A stretch of 62,147 nucleotides of DNA, counting the filler. It is 4 parts of 4 records of this genome, joined end to end, with 100 filler letters (N's around TTAATTAATTAA, not from the genome) between each part and the next. Parts side by side here need not be neighbours in the genome. Positions count along the whole stretch, not along the records: positions 1 to 24,407 come from SRR31156797_5540; 3 more parts are not named here. The stretch is one strand, 5' to 3'. The stretch's first letter is position 1. Each line of letters starts with the position of its first letter. Below the pieces are notes generated by a model. That model ran no database searches, had not been told where the DNA came from, and worked only from the letters and a program-made list of their open reading frames with translations. Positions 1 to 10,500 of this stretch are shown here, in pieces. Position numbers and translations under genes: made by a program.

Positions 1-64
1 CTTTTGCATCTATAATATACCATTTGCGTTCAACATTCTGTGCATTTGCCATGAATGTGCTCAT
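1..64 (-). CDS. rplM: 50S ribosomal protein L13, 5' fragment (runs off window edge)
   Basis: Reverse strand from ATG at 64 reads MSTFMANAQNVERKWYIIDAK, the typical L13 N-terminus; GGAGGT RBS upstream. Too short for the ORF track. Confidence 0.92.
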   Translation of the reverse strand, partial: MSTFMANAQNVERKWYIIDAK

Positions 65-170
65 AGATGGATACCTCCGATTTAATTATTGCGAATTTTC
101 TGGTAGGCGGTCTTCGCTTTAACGACCGTGCATTAAGTTCGCTCGGGGCAAGTGAGCATACCGTCAGCAT
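65..170 (-). ncRNA. Candidate L13 leader (r-protein autoregulatory 5' UTR)
   Basis: About 105-nt leader between the promoter and rplM, with GC-richer pairing segments (gctc...gagc, cggtc...gaccg) in an AT-rich context; Firmicutes rplM-rpsI operons carry such leaders. Not tested with a covariance model. Confidence 0.35.
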
Positions 171-175
171 TAGAT

Positions 176-204
176 ATTCTACTATATATTCAATACAATG
201 TCAA
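176..204 (-). promoter_or_regulatory. Sigma70/SigA promoter of rplM
   Basis: Minus strand TTGACA (204-199), 17 bp spacer, TAGAAT (181-176). Confidence 0.85.
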
Positions 205-1065
205 CGAAAATCCTTACTATTTAGTATTGTTTTTGCCCTGCTAAGCACATCTTTTATAATACTTTCAAAGTACACAAAACCATAGCTGGCTAATAAGATA
301 TAAATTGGCATATATATTATTAAATATCTTTGTTCAGCTTCAAAAACAGTATGAAAACATAAAAGCATTTGTATTGAAATATCTGCCGTAATAAATGTAC
401 TGTCTTTCAGAAACCCTCTTTTTAGAGCGCACCCTAGCATACAAAATATCAATAAAAATAACCACAATGCCTGATAATAGTTTTTACAATATTTATTGTA
501 TATATCAGTATCTGCACTAGATATTTTATGAATGAAATTTAGTTCTAATTTATCAAAACATCCGTTACACATTAAAAATCAATGTTGCCATCAGCCAATA
601 ATTATTATTGAAAACCCCTCCAAACAAAAAGAAAAAACCCTTAAACAATGTACACAATAATATATTGTTGTAATATCTCAGGAAGTATTCATCAAGTATA
701 ACTGTTTTACTTGCATGATTTATTATAACTCCGACATCCCAGCCATTTACCATATGATTTCTGACTACATACACCAACTGAAAAGCTACCACAGCAACTG
801 TTACTAGAGCTAATATTATCTTAAGACATGTGTTGAAACCTTTTTTCAAATAACACTTTTTCACAAAAAAGTATACTGAGAAAATAAGTACAGCAATGAT
901 AACTGCAAACAGTAAAGTCATCCAAACCTTAAAATTAAAATTCCCATGATAGTATATTTCTGAATTTAATAATATAAATAGTATTGATAAAGCCATCAGG
1001 ATTATTGTAGTATATCTTATGATTTGTCTGGCAATATTCTTTATCATGTATTCTCTCATCCCCAT
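201..1065 (-). pseudogene. Split or internally deleted integral-membrane glycosyltransferase-like gene (ORFs 565-1065 and 201-572)
   Basis: Two overlapping hydrophobic ORFs. The upstream one has GWDV...YFLRYYNN and the downstream one ends with FEAEQRYL, motifs that I recall lying at the two ends of larger multi-TM Firmicutes GT-C-like proteins. Confidence 0.45.
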
Positions 1066-1255
1066 CTTATAGCAATATTTGTATCTTGTGCTAGTATATC
1101 ATGTCAATTTATAGTAATCAATTATACATTTACCTTAATTTACCTTAATTTGTATCTTTAATCACTCTATCTTAATTTACCTGCTCAGATTAATTTATTA
1201 GTAAACATTACGAAAACGATTGCATTTTTACAATAACTGCTATATTATCACTTAT

Positions 1256-2671
1256 GTGATGAGAAAAAATAAAGATACATCTTTAGGAAATATCCTGAGA
1301 ATTGCACTCCCTATCGGAGTACAGCAGCTATTAATATCCTGTATGCATATTGTTGACGCTGCGTTTGTAGTACGTCTTGGTAATGCAGCTGTAACAGGCG
1401 TGGGAGCAGCAGGCAGAATAATGTTTATGTACAATGTTATTGTATTTGGTTTAGGCTCTGCTATGATGGTTGTAGTCTCACAGTTCTGGGGCATAAATGA
1501 TAAAAAAACTATTCACAATGCATTCGGCTTAGGGCTGGTCAATGTAATGATTATAGCATCAGTCTCCACTGCTCTTTGCTTAATTTTTCCTCGCCAGATA
1601 ATAATGATTTTTACAAATGATGCAAATACCATTGCTGAAGGAGCAAAATATCTTCAGATAGTTGCTTTTTCATTAATACCATTAACAATCAATATGATAT
1701 ATACGTATCTCTTACGTGCCACTGAGAACGTAATACTCCCGGTTATTATATCTATTGCGGGTGTTTTGCTAAATACATTCTTAAACTATATTTTAATCTT
1801 CGGTCACTTTGGTTTCCCTGCAATGGGTATAGAGGGTGCAGCCATAGCAACTGTAATCTCTGCCATTATTCAATTCGTATTGCTTATATCAATCTGTATA
1901 ATAACAAAGAATATTGCCTATGCTAAGTTAAGCGATATGATTCCTCGGAGTAGTGAAATTGTAAAAAAGTTTTACAGTATCGCAAAGCCAGTTATTATTC
2001 ATGAGGTAATATGGGCAGTAGGGGTCAATGTTTACATTATGGTTTTAGCACGACAAGGTATAGAAAACTACGCCGCTTATACAATATTCACAACAATCGA
2101 ACAATTGGCATTTACATTCTTTATAGGTTTATGTTCTGCCTGCGCTGTCCTAGTTGGTAAGATGATAGGAAGAGGTGAGAACGAACAAGCTATATTATTT
2201 TCAAAAAAATTCATCTTTGCTACAGTAGGAATTTCGGCAGTTCTTGGTTCGGTTGTATATTTTTCAGCACCGACACTTATCAACTTCTTCAATATAGAAA
2301 GCATAACTACAAAGCTGATGACCATAAAGCTTTTGAGAATATATTCCATCGGTTATGTGTTCCATACCCTTACCTTTATACTAATATGCGGTATCTTCAG
2401 AGCAGCCGGTAACGCAAATATCGGTTTAATACTAGATATTATCTGCGTGTGGATACTGACAATCCCTGTACTGTATGTAGCAGGTTTTGTGCTGAAAGTA
2501 TCATTTGAAGTTCTGTATGTACTGACATTTATTGAGCAGGTTGTAAAAACTATTATCTGCTTTATAATATTTTTCAGAAAGAAGTGGATTCGTCAGCTTA
2601 CAGATACAAACAAAGACAATGAAACTGAATTTGAAGCAAATAATGAGGTGGTGTTATTAGATGCTGACTAG
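1256..2671 (+). CDS. MATE family efflux transporter
   Basis: About 12 TM segments; IALPIG..QLL, LNYILIFGHFGFPAMGIEGAAIAT and GIFRAAG motifs. Likely start GTG1256/ATG1259; the ORF is open from 1220. Confidence 0.9.
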   Translation: MMRKNKDTSLGNILRIALPIGVQQLLISCMHIVDAAFVVRLGNAAVTGVGAAGRIMFMYNVIVFGLGSAMMVVVSQFWGINDKKTIHNAFGLGLVNVMIIASVSTALCLIFPRQIIMIFTNDANTIAEGAKYLQIVAFSLIPLTINMIYTYLLRATENVILPVIISIAGVLLNTFLNYILIFGHFGFPAMGIEGAAIATVISAIIQFVLLISICIITKNIAYAKLSDMIPRSSEIVKKFYSIAKPVIIHEVIWAVGVNVYIMVLARQGIENYAAYTIFTTIEQLAFTFFIGLCSACAVLVGKMIGRGENEQAILFSKKFIFATVGISAVLGSVVYFSAPTLINFFNIESITTKLMTIKLLRIYSIGYVFHTLTFILICGIFRAAGNANIGLILDIICVWILTIPVLYVAGFVLKVSFEVLYVLTFIEQVVKTIICFIIFFRKKWIRQLTDTNKDNETEFEANNEVVLLDAD

Positions 2672-3827
2672 TTTAGGACTGATATTACTGTTAGGATTAG
2701 TTTTGGGCTGGATATTTTCCAAGCTCGGACTTCCGTCTTTACTAGGAATGCTTTTAACAGGAATACTAGTAGGACCATATGCATTGAATTTATTGGATGA
2801 GAGTATTATCGCTATTTCACCTGATTTGCGTGAATTGGCTCTGATAATAATCCTGTTCAGAGCAGGACTTAATCTGGACTTAAAGGATTTAAAAGCAGTT
2901 GGCAGACCAGCTATACTGCTGTGTTTTGTGCCTGCAATACTTGAAATAACGGCTATTACAATATTTGCACCAATGATTTTTGACATTCCATATTTAGAAG
3001 CTGCTATAATGGGATGCGTTATTGCAGCAGTTTCTCCTGCTGTTGTTGTGCCTAGAATGCTGTCCATGATGGAAGATGGGCATGGCGTAAAAAAGAAAAT
3101 CCCCCAGATGATTATGGCAGGCGCATCTGTAGATGATATTCTGGTTATTATACTGTTTACAACATTTATGCAGTTAGCTGGCGGTGGCACCGTCTCAGGA
3201 TTAAGTTTCCTGAAAATACCTGTGAGTATAATACTTGGCGCAGGTATAGGAATCGGTCTTGGATTTGGTTTGAACAAATTATTTACTACTATAAAATTCC
3301 GTGACTCCTCCAAGGTAATAGTATTGCTCTCAGTAGCAATTTTGCTCGTTGCTTTACAAGACAAAGCAGAAAGCATTGTTCCGTTTTCTGCACTTCTTGG
3401 TGTAATGTTTATGGGTATTACATTACTTAAACAAAATGAAGTTTTGGCTGGCAGATTGTCTTCAAAGTTTTCTAAGCTATGGGTAGCAGCAGAAATCCTG
3501 CTGTTTGTATTGGTTGGATGCGCAGTTGATTTATCAGTCCTTAAATCAGTAAGCCTATTAGCTCTGATATTGTTAGCTGTTAGTCTGTCATTCAGGATGA
3601 TAGGTACATGGGCATGTGTTTCCGGCAGTCACCTAAATGTGAGTGAGAAATTCTTTTGCGTTTTTTCATATATGCCAAAGGCAACTGTTCAGGCAGCAAT
3701 AGGCGCTATTCCTCTTACCGCAGGTATAGCCAGCGGCAATCTGATACTATCAATTGCAGTACTATCTATTATTGTAACTGCTCCTATTGGCGCTATTCTG
3801 ATAGATACTATGAAGAAAAAAATCTAA
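2661..3827 (+). CDS. Cation:proton antiporter (CPA/NhaP-like)
   Basis: Multi-TM; AAVSPAVVVP, GASVDDI and PKATVQAA motifs; overlaps the MATE stop codon. Confidence 0.88.
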   Translation: MLTSLGLILLLGLVLGWIFSKLGLPSLLGMLLTGILVGPYALNLLDESIIAISPDLRELALIIILFRAGLNLDLKDLKAVGRPAILLCFVPAILEITAITIFAPMIFDIPYLEAAIMGCVIAAVSPAVVVPRMLSMMEDGHGVKKKIPQMIMAGASVDDILVIILFTTFMQLAGGGTVSGLSFLKIPVSIILGAGIGIGLGFGLNKLFTTIKFRDSSKVIVLLSVAILLVALQDKAESIVPFSALLGVMFMGITLLKQNEVLAGRLSSKFSKLWVAAEILLFVLVGCAVDLSVLKSVSLLALILLAVSLSFRMIGTWACVSGSHLNVSEKFFCVFSYMPKATVQAAIGAIPLTAGIASGNLILSIAVLSIIVTAPIGAILIDTMKKKI

Positions 3828-3954
3828 ACTACAATATATTCTTATTAATAAGCTAGTACTTCGAATAAATTTGGAATCATTAGCCTATTTTGTTGCTCAT
3901 AATTGCTATACTTTGTTTTTCTCCACTAATAGTAACATATTAATATATTTTATC

Positions 3955-4013
3955 TTGAACTAATTTTTTCTCTATGCTATAATCCACTTAATCGGTTTCG
4001 TAACCGATTAAGT
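3955..4013 (+). promoter_or_regulatory. Promoter plus LacI-type operator palindrome
   Basis: TTGAAC (3955-60), 17 bp, TG-extended TATAAT (3978-83), followed by the inverted repeat ACTTAATCGGTT-tcgt-AACCGATTAAGT (3986-4013) over the predicted TSS. Confidence 0.8.
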
Positions 4014-4054
4014 ATTAATTCAATAATGACTGTATTTCGTAAATGGAGTAAGCA

Positions 4055-5068
4055 ATGGTAACAATTAGAGATGTAGCAAAAAAGAGCAATTATTCAATAT
4101 CTTCTGTCAGTAAAGCACTAAACGGCTATACTGATATTTCCGAACCTACCAGAGAGCAGATTATAAAAGTAGCCAATGAAATCGGCTATACTGCCAATTA
4201 TCATGCAAGAGCTCTTAAAACAAAATGTACCTATTCCATTGGTATAGTTTACACCTATAATTCTGACTATGGTTTTCGCAACGAATTCTTCACACTTATT
4301 ATTGACAGCATTCGAAAGAGTCTGGAGAAAGAAGGCTACGATATACTTTTGCTTAACCCTAAGGTAGGAAATATCCATAAATCATATTTAGAGCATGCAT
4401 TATATCGTGTGGTTGATGGTGTCTGCGTAGTATGTGCTGACCCTGATGACAGAAACATTATTGAGCTATGTAAGACAAGGAAATTTCCTGTAGTGTCTAT
4501 TGATATGAGAATAGGGCATAGCTTTGGAATATTCTCTGATAATTATAATGGTATGAAAAAATTAGTAAAGTATATCATTTCACAGGGGCATAGACGCATT
4601 GCATATATCCACGGCAGGGAGAGCAAGACTACCAAAGACAGAATCAGTGGATATCTGGAAACTATGAAGGAACATGGTCTCAACGTACCAGATGGATACC
4701 TTCAAAACGGTGAATATCTGAACATTGAATTAGCTGACAAAAAGCTAGTAAATATTTTGAAACTTACTGACAAGCCAACCTGCATAATGATGCCGGATGA
4801 TTTAACCGCAATCGGAGCAATAAATATGCTTAATAAAATGGGATTGAAATGTCCCGAGGATATCAGCATTGCTGGATATGACGGTATACATATAGGTGAA
4901 TACACTTCACCTAGTCTGACAACGATCAGACAAAATAGTACACAAATAGGCAAGCTGACATCAGAAACTATACTAGAATTTATTGAAAACAAAGGAGATA
5001 TCCCAATAAGCAATAAATTCGTCGAGGGTAAGCTTACAATAGGAACTTCAGTTGCAAAGATTAGATAA
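4055..5068 (+). CDS. LacI family transcriptional regulator
   Basis: MVTIRDVAKKSNYSISSVSKALNG HTH followed by a sugar-binding domain (PEDISIAGYDG, PSLTTIRQ). Confidence 0.95.
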   Translation: MVTIRDVAKKSNYSISSVSKALNGYTDISEPTREQIIKVANEIGYTANYHARALKTKCTYSIGIVYTYNSDYGFRNEFFTLIIDSIRKSLEKEGYDILLLNPKVGNIHKSYLEHALYRVVDGVCVVCADPDDRNIIELCKTRKFPVVSIDMRIGHSFGIFSDNYNGMKKLVKYIISQGHRRIAYIHGRESKTTKDRISGYLETMKEHGLNVPDGYLQNGEYLNIELADKKLVNILKLTDKPTCIMMPDDLTAIGAINMLNKMGLKCPEDISIAGYDGIHIGEYTSPSLTTIRQNSTQIGKLTSETILEFIENKGDIPISNKFVEGKLTIGTSVAKIR

Positions 5069-5108
5069 GCAAAGTTTATAAATAAATTTTATATAAAGGG
5101 AGAAAAAT

Positions 5109-7550
5109 ATGAAATTCGGTTTTTTCGACGACAATAACAGAGAGTATGTCATTACTCAGCCAGAGACACCATATCCATGGATAAATTACCTGGGAAATAA
5201 GGACTATTTTGCGCTGCTTTCCAATACTTCCGGCGGATATTCCTTCTACAAGGATGCAAGGCTGATGCGGATTACAAGATACCGCTACAATAACATTCCT
5301 GTTGACAATGAGGGTAAGTATTTCTTTATCAAGGATAAAGATACTGTTTGGAATATTGGATATAAGCCAAGCAAAACACCTCTTGATTCCTATGAATGCA
5401 GACATGGTATGGGATATTCAAAAATTACCTCATCAAAAAATGGTGTTTCTGCCAAACAGACATCTTTTGTTCCGCTAAATTATAACGGCGAAATTCATAC
5501 TATTACAATAAAGAACGAAAGCGAAGAAGTAAAAGACCTGCAGCTTTATTCATATGTAGAGTGGTGTTTATGGGACGCACTGGATGATATGCTAAACTAT
5601 CAGCGTAACTACTCAATAGGAGAAGTTGAGGTAGAGAATTCATGCATATACCACAAAACCGAATACAGAGAGCGCCGCAGACATTATGCTTTTTACAATG
5701 TCAATGAAGAACTAGACGGCTTTGATACAGATAGAGAGACTTTTATAGGTCTGTACAATTCTATAGCTGAGCCAAAGGTTATTATGGAAGGTAAATCACA
5801 AAACAGCGTTGCTGACGGCTGGGCACCAATAGCTTCTCATAATATCAATTTCTCCCTAAAGCCAGGTGAAGAAAAGACTCTAATATTTAACTTAGGTCTG
5901 GTGGAAAACGATGCAGACAGCAAGTTTATTTCACCAAATGTAATTAATAAGCAGATTGCATACGATATGCAAAAGCAATTCGATACCGTAGAAAAGGTTG
6001 ATACTGCTCTAGTAAAATTAGAAGAATACTGGGATAACCTACTGGGTAAATATCAGGTTAATACACCAGAGGAAAAAGTAAACCGCATGGTAAACATCTG
6101 GAACACATACCAGTGTATGATTACATTCAATCTGTCTCGTTCAGCATCATACTTCGAATCAGGAGTAGGCAGAGGCATGGGCTTCAGAGACTCCAATCAG
6201 GATATTTTAGGTTTTGTTCACCAGATACCAGAACGTGCAAGAGAGCGTATACTTGATTTAGCTGCAACTCAGCTAGAGGACGGAAGCGCATATCACCAGT
6301 ACCAGCCATTAACTAAAAAGGGTAATGATGCTATTGGTTCAGGATTCAATGACGACCCTCTATGGCTAATAGCCGCTGTAACTGCATATGTCAGAGAAAC
6401 AGGTGACTTATCAATCCTAGATGAAATGGTTCCATATGATAATGATGAAAACAAAGCAGCTCCACTGCTTGATCACATCGACAAGTCATTTATGTTCACT
6501 CATACAAACAGAGGACCGCACTTGCTTCCATTAATCGGTCAGGCTGACTGGAACGACTGCCTGAACCTAAACTGCTTCTCCTCAGAACCGGGCGAAAGCT
6601 TCCAGACACTAAAGGCGACGGGCGATACTTCTGTAGCAGAAAGTATATTTATCGCAGGATTATTCACATATACAGGTAAAGAATACTATGACATCTTAGT
6701 CAAATTAGGCAAAGATGAAAAAGCATTAGAGGTAATAACCATAGTAAATGAGATAAAGGAAATCGTAGAGAAACACGGCTACGACGGCGACTATTTCCTC
6801 CGTGCTTATGATGCATTCGGTAATAAAGTAGGTTCATCTGAATGCGAAGAAGGCAAAATATTCATTGAGCCTCAAGGTATGTGTGTGATTGGCGAAATCG
6901 GTACAGATAACGGCATGGCTGAAAAGGCATTAGATAGTGCATGGAAATATCTGGACTGCGAATATGGAATGGTACTGGTAAATCCATGCTATACAAAGTA
7001 TCATTTGGAATTAGGAGAAATCTCTTCATATCCAGGCGGTTACAAGGAAAATGCCGGTGTGTTCTGCCACAACAATCCGTGGGTAGTATGCGCTGAATGT
7101 GTGGTAGGCAGAGGAGACAACGCCTACAAACTATACAAACAAACAGCTCCAGCATTCCTAGAAGATATCAGTGAAATACACAGAACAGAACCATACGTAT
7201 ATGCACAGATGGTAGCTGGTAAAGATGCCAGCAGAATGGGTGAAGCCAAAAATGCATGGCTAACTGGTGCATCTGCATGGAACTATGTTGCCATTTCTCA
7301 ATATATCTTGGGTATTAAGGCAACTATTAACGGTCTGCAAGTAAACCCATGTATTCCAACTGAGTGGGACGGCTTCACTGCAAGCCGCATATTCCGTGGT
7401 ACAAAATATGACATAACTATCAAAAACCCAAATCACATCTCAAAGGGTGTTAAGTCAATGATAGTAGACGGCAACAAAATAGAAGGCAGTATCATTCCTG
7501 TAATGGAAAGCGATGATCCAATCATAGTTGAGGTAGTACTGGAAAATTAG
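5109..7550 (+). CDS. GH94 cellobiose phosphorylase
   Basis: [25 protein letters not shown] start, [12 protein letters not shown], catalytic [20 protein letters not shown] and [12 protein letters not shown] motifs. Confidence 0.92.
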   Translation: MKFGFFDDNNREYVITQPETPYPWINYLGNKDYFALLSNTSGGYSFYKDARLMRITRYRYNNIPVDNEGKYFFIKDKDTVWNIGYKPSKTPLDSYECRHGMGYSKITSSKNGVSAKQTSFVPLNYNGEIHTITIKNESEEVKDLQLYSYVEWCLWDALDDMLNYQRNYSIGEVEVENSCIYHKTEYRERRRHYAFYNVNEELDGFDTDRETFIGLYNSIAEPKVIMEGKSQNSVADGWAPIASHNINFSLKPGEEKTLIFNLGLVENDADSKFISPNVINKQIAYDMQKQFDTVEKVDTALVKLEEYWDNLLGKYQVNTPEEKVNRMVNIWNTYQCMITFNLSRSASYFESGVGRGMGFRDSNQDILGFVHQIPERARERILDLAATQLEDGSAYHQYQPLTKKGNDAIGSGFNDDPLWLIAAVTAYVRETGDLSILDEMVPYDNDENKAAPLLDHIDKSFMFTHTNRGPHLLPLIGQADWNDCLNLNCFSSEPGESFQTLKATGDTSVAESIFIAGLFTYTGKEYYDILVKLGKDEKALEVITIVNEIKEIVEKHGYDGDYFLRAYDAFGNKVGSSECEEGKIFIEPQGMCVIGEIGTDNGMAEKALDSAWKYLDCEYGMVLVNPCYTKYHLELGEISSYPGGYKENAGVFCHNNPWVVCAECVVGRGDNAYKLYKQTAPAFLEDISEIHRTEPYVYAQMVAGKDASRMGEAKNAWLTGASAWNYVAISQYILGIKATINGLQVNPCIPTEWDGFTASRIFRGTKYDITIKNPNHISKGVKSMIVDGNKIEGSIIPVMESDDPIIVEVVLEN

Positions 7551-7584
7551 CATATATTCATATTAATATTCTTTGTTTAATGAG

Positions 7585-7612
7585 AAAGGGGCGTAGTTTT
7601 ACGTCCCTTTTT
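7585..7612. terminator. Intrinsic terminator between convergent genes
   Basis: AAAGGGGCGTA-loop-TACGTCCCTTTTT hairpin with T-tail. Confidence 0.75.
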
Positions 7613-7620
7613 CCATTTGT

Positions 7621-8031
7621 TTAAATATTATTATTAAGTATCCTATAGGCAATCTTCTCTATTACAAAGTATAGTACAGCTATTGCAATTGTAAATATAG
7701 TAAATATACTATAATTCATAAGCTCTATTGAGCCGAACACAGTAAAGGCAAAAATCACAAAAGTAATTAAAAAGCATAATGAATTAGCAAAAATTAATGA
7801 CAGCAGCATAACCATTATAGTTCTTTCATCCTTGTCTTTGCACTTTCTGGGTATTAAAATCTTTAGATCAATAATACTTCCTATTACTGCTCCAACTGCC
7901 GCACCTATTGCTACTATTCTATTTGTCATATTTCCGCTAAAAATCGCTACATATGCACAGATTACAACTGCACAGATTACAATTGCTATCTCCAGATACT
8001 TAATTGATTTTATAATACTGTTGTTATTCAT
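7621..8031 (-). CDS. Small 4-TM membrane protein
   Basis: Hydrophobic ORF from ATG8031 (MNNNSII), overlapping the XRE gene stop; the KDER motif between TM pairs is typical of XRE-linked membrane proteins. Confidence 0.7.
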   Translation of the reverse strand: MNNNSIIKSIKYLEIAIVICAVVICAYVAIFSGNMTNRIVAIGAAVGAVIGSIIDLKILIPRKCKDKDERTIMVMLLSLIFANSLCFLITFVIFAFTVFGSIELMNYSIFTIFTIAIAVLYFVIEKIAYRILNNNI

Positions 8032-8230
8032 TTTTTTCCTCCTCATAGATAAATACGTCCTCAATACTCTGGCAGAAAAATCTTGATATTTTAAACGCCA
8101 GTAATATTGATGGATTATATCGTCCAGTTTCCAAAGAATTGATAGTCTGTCGACTAACTCCCAAAATCTCTGCAAACTTTGTCTGCGATAGAGCACGCTT
8201 TTCTCGCAGTTCCTTCACTCTATTATTCAT
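8024..8230 (-). CDS. XRE/Cro-family HTH regulator
   Basis: MNNRVKELREKRALSQTKFAEILGVSRQTINSLETGRYNPSILLAFKI; AAAGGA RBS before ATG8230. Confidence 0.92.
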   Translation of the reverse strand: MNNRVKELREKRALSQTKFAEILGVSRQTINSLETGRYNPSILLAFKISRFFCQSIEDVFIYEEEKNE

Positions 8231-8247
8231 ATAATATCCTTTCATAT

Positions 8248-8309
8248 TGTAAAGCTAGCTTTACACTAATGTTACCATAAACAATATCTGCTGTCAAGCT
8301 GACTTTACA
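8248..8309 (-). promoter_or_regulatory. Promoter of the XRE operon with two operator palindromes
   Basis: TTGACA (8297-92), 17 bp, TG-extended TAACAT (8274-69). Perfect palindrome TGTAAAGCTAGCTTTACA at 8248-8265 and variant TGTCAAGCTGACTTTACA at 8292-8309 overlapping the -35. Confidence 0.8.
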
Positions 8310-8395
8310 CTTGCGTAAAAAAATAACCTCATAATTATAAGGCTGGCATATTGTAAATAAACTACAAGATATAAAATCAATTGTTTAGTTTATCT

Positions 8396-9358
8396 TCACT
8401 CGTTAAAGATTTTATATATCTGATATGTCAAGGATTCTGATTCTGTTTTTTTCTGCCCAAAATCCCATCCCTTATACGCCATATAAATGCTTTGAGGAAT
8501 AAACCCACCAGATTCCATTTGCTTATCGATGATGATTTGAAGCATTTGCTTATACTCTTTTTGTTCTACAGCATATTTGTATTTACTTAATACCCTTACA
8601 ACATGTACTATGTCAAACCATATGTTTGGATATTTAAGCTTTCTAAAATCCGTACCAATGCCAAACATATAGATTTTTCGCTCTCCCTGATGTTTCCATT
8701 GATTTAGAATTGAATCAATCCCGTTTTTAATAAATTCAGCCCCGTGGTATTGAGGAAGCAATGAAAAAGCCCTTAGTGAAATTAGTGTAGCAAAAGGGCA
8801 ATAGTCATCCTTTCTGCCGGGCCCACGAAACTTAGGTAGTGAACCAACACACCGCCAGCCTACTTCACTGGATTGTGATGCCAAGAATTCAGCACCCTTT
8901 TTCACCCTGTCATCATCCTGCAATCCTGCCTTGATTACTGTATATAGCAGCAGAGGAAAATCACAGATAAGCCACACCATTTCATCCTCGCTACTTCCGC
9001 CAAAGTTCTTTGGAATATTGACAAGAGACATAAATGCACCATCCGTAGATTGGTTTTGCAGTATCCTATCAATAATTTCTCTCATTGGCGCATCATTGTA
9101 GTCAAGTCCCAAATCAGTAAGCAAATGCATCTTATGGAATATATGTTTTGCATCATTATGTCTTTTCAGTGGTAGTTCTCCCCAATGCCTGCACTCCTTA
9201 AATAGATTTACTATTCTTTCATCCTGCAATAGTTGGGATTTTAATTGTTGTGCATATTGACTGCTGCCGTTTTTGTCTAATTCCATATTGTACTTTATCC
9301 ATGGCAGTGTTGAATTCTGTAAAAAGTCCAGACAATCGTATTTAAGTACCATTAGCAT
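8396..9358 (-). CDS. Conserved hypothetical protein, possibly prenyltransferase/squalene-cyclase-like helical repeat fold
   Basis: 320 aa with GGAGGT RBS; QxxDG-like repeats (QNQSTDGAF, KQMESGGF) and FRGPGRKDDYCPFAT. Confidence 0.6.
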   Translation of the reverse strand: MLMVLKYDCLDFLQNSTLPWIKYNMELDKNGSSQYAQQLKSQLLQDERIVNLFKECRHWGELPLKRHNDAKHIFHKMHLLTDLGLDYNDAPMREIIDRILQNQSTDGAFMSLVNIPKNFGGSSEDEMVWLICDFPLLLYTVIKAGLQDDDRVKKGAEFLASQSSEVGWRCVGSLPKFRGPGRKDDYCPFATLISLRAFSLLPQYHGAEFIKNGIDSILNQWKHQGERKIYMFGIGTDFRKLKYPNIWFDIVHVVRVLSKYKYAVEQKEYKQMLQIIIDKQMESGGFIPQSIYMAYKGWDFGQKKTESESLTYQIYKIFNE

Positions 9359-9387
9359 TTACCTCCGATATTTATTGTGTTTTGATA

Positions 9388-10353
9388 TTAATTACCTAAC
9401 TTTCTCATATACTGAAATATAATATCCTTGGAATGTGTCAAATGTTCATGCTTAAAATCATGATAGACTTTCATTTGTTTGCTGGATTGAATTTTGTTAT
9501 ATATTGCAAATTGAGTAGATGCAGGGCACACATCATCCATCAGACCAGTAAACATCAGCACATCAGATTTTATCCTATGAGCAATATTCTGTATGTCTAT
9601 GTACGCTAGTGTATTAAAGATCTCATCTTCTCTTTCATGCATTGGATCAGTAAGACGAAATAAACTCTTTATCTCCTCATAGGGGTTTGTCGCTAAATCC
9701 ATATTCCATACTCTCTTGTAATCTGACAAAAATGGATAAACTGGAGCAGCCAGCTTTATTTCAGGCACAAGTGAAGCGCATGCAATAGTCAGTGCACCTC
9801 CCTGAGAATCACCTATACAGCCAATTCTATTTTCATCCACATCATCCATGCCCATGACCAGATATGTAAGCTGAGCAGTATCTAAAAATATCGAACGAAA
9901 CAGCAATCTCTCCGGACCATCGTCAATGCCCCTTATAATATGACCGTGGAGCGTGTTTATTCCTCTGTCGCCTGCATCACGGGATTTCCCTCCCTGTCCT
10001 CGGCAGTCCATAGACGCAACTACAAACCCCTCCGCTGCATAGTGCAGTATCTCTGTCCAGTCTCCGTTGTACCATCCATATCCATGGAATTTAATAATAG
10101 CTGGTTTCTTACCCTTTATATTCTTTGGTTTAACCAGTTTTGAGTGGATTCTAGCTCCATCAACTCCAGTAAAGTACATGTCATAGCATGTTGCAAAGGA
10201 GCATTTGTAGTCTGCTTCCTCAATGCTTACATCGGCATCGACAGCTCTCATCTCCTCCAGAGCCCTGTCCCAATATTCGTCAATATCATCAGGGCAGGGA
10301 CTGCTGCCCATATAATTTCTTAATTCCTCCAGCGGCATATCAAATGACGGCAT
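9388..10353 (-). CDS. CE7 acetyl xylan esterase / cephalosporin-C deacetylase
   Basis: FDMPLEELRNY start, FHGY, DCRGQG, nucleophile GDSQGG, DDVCPASTQFA and HE motifs. Confidence 0.92.
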   Translation of the reverse strand: MPSFDMPLEELRNYMGSSPCPDDIDEYWDRALEEMRAVDADVSIEEADYKCSFATCYDMYFTGVDGARIHSKLVKPKNIKGKKPAIIKFHGYGWYNGDWTEILHYAAEGFVVASMDCRGQGGKSRDAGDRGINTLHGHIIRGIDDGPERLLFRSIFLDTAQLTYLVMGMDDVDENRIGCIGDSQGGALTIACASLVPEIKLAAPVYPFLSDYKRVWNMDLATNPYEEIKSLFRLTDPMHEREDEIFNTLAYIDIQNIAHRIKSDVLMFTGLMDDVCPASTQFAIYNKIQSSKQMKVYHDFKHEHLTHSKDIIFQYMRKLGN

Positions 10354-10500
10354 ATTATTCTCCCTTCAAATATATTTACAAACTACATTTTACTACGTAC
10401 TAGCCAATAAATCCATATGAGTTTATTAACTGTTTAATTGCTGAAATCTATGATATAATACATTGGTTATTAAATATTAACATCTGTGATAAGGGCAATT

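Noticed and set aside
1130..1151. TTACCTTAAT direct duplication
   Set aside because: Two 10-bp copies in very AT-rich intergenic DNA; compatible with simple slippage.
2657..3376. 239-aa antisense ORF
   Set aside because: Mirror of the antiporter gene on the opposite strand.
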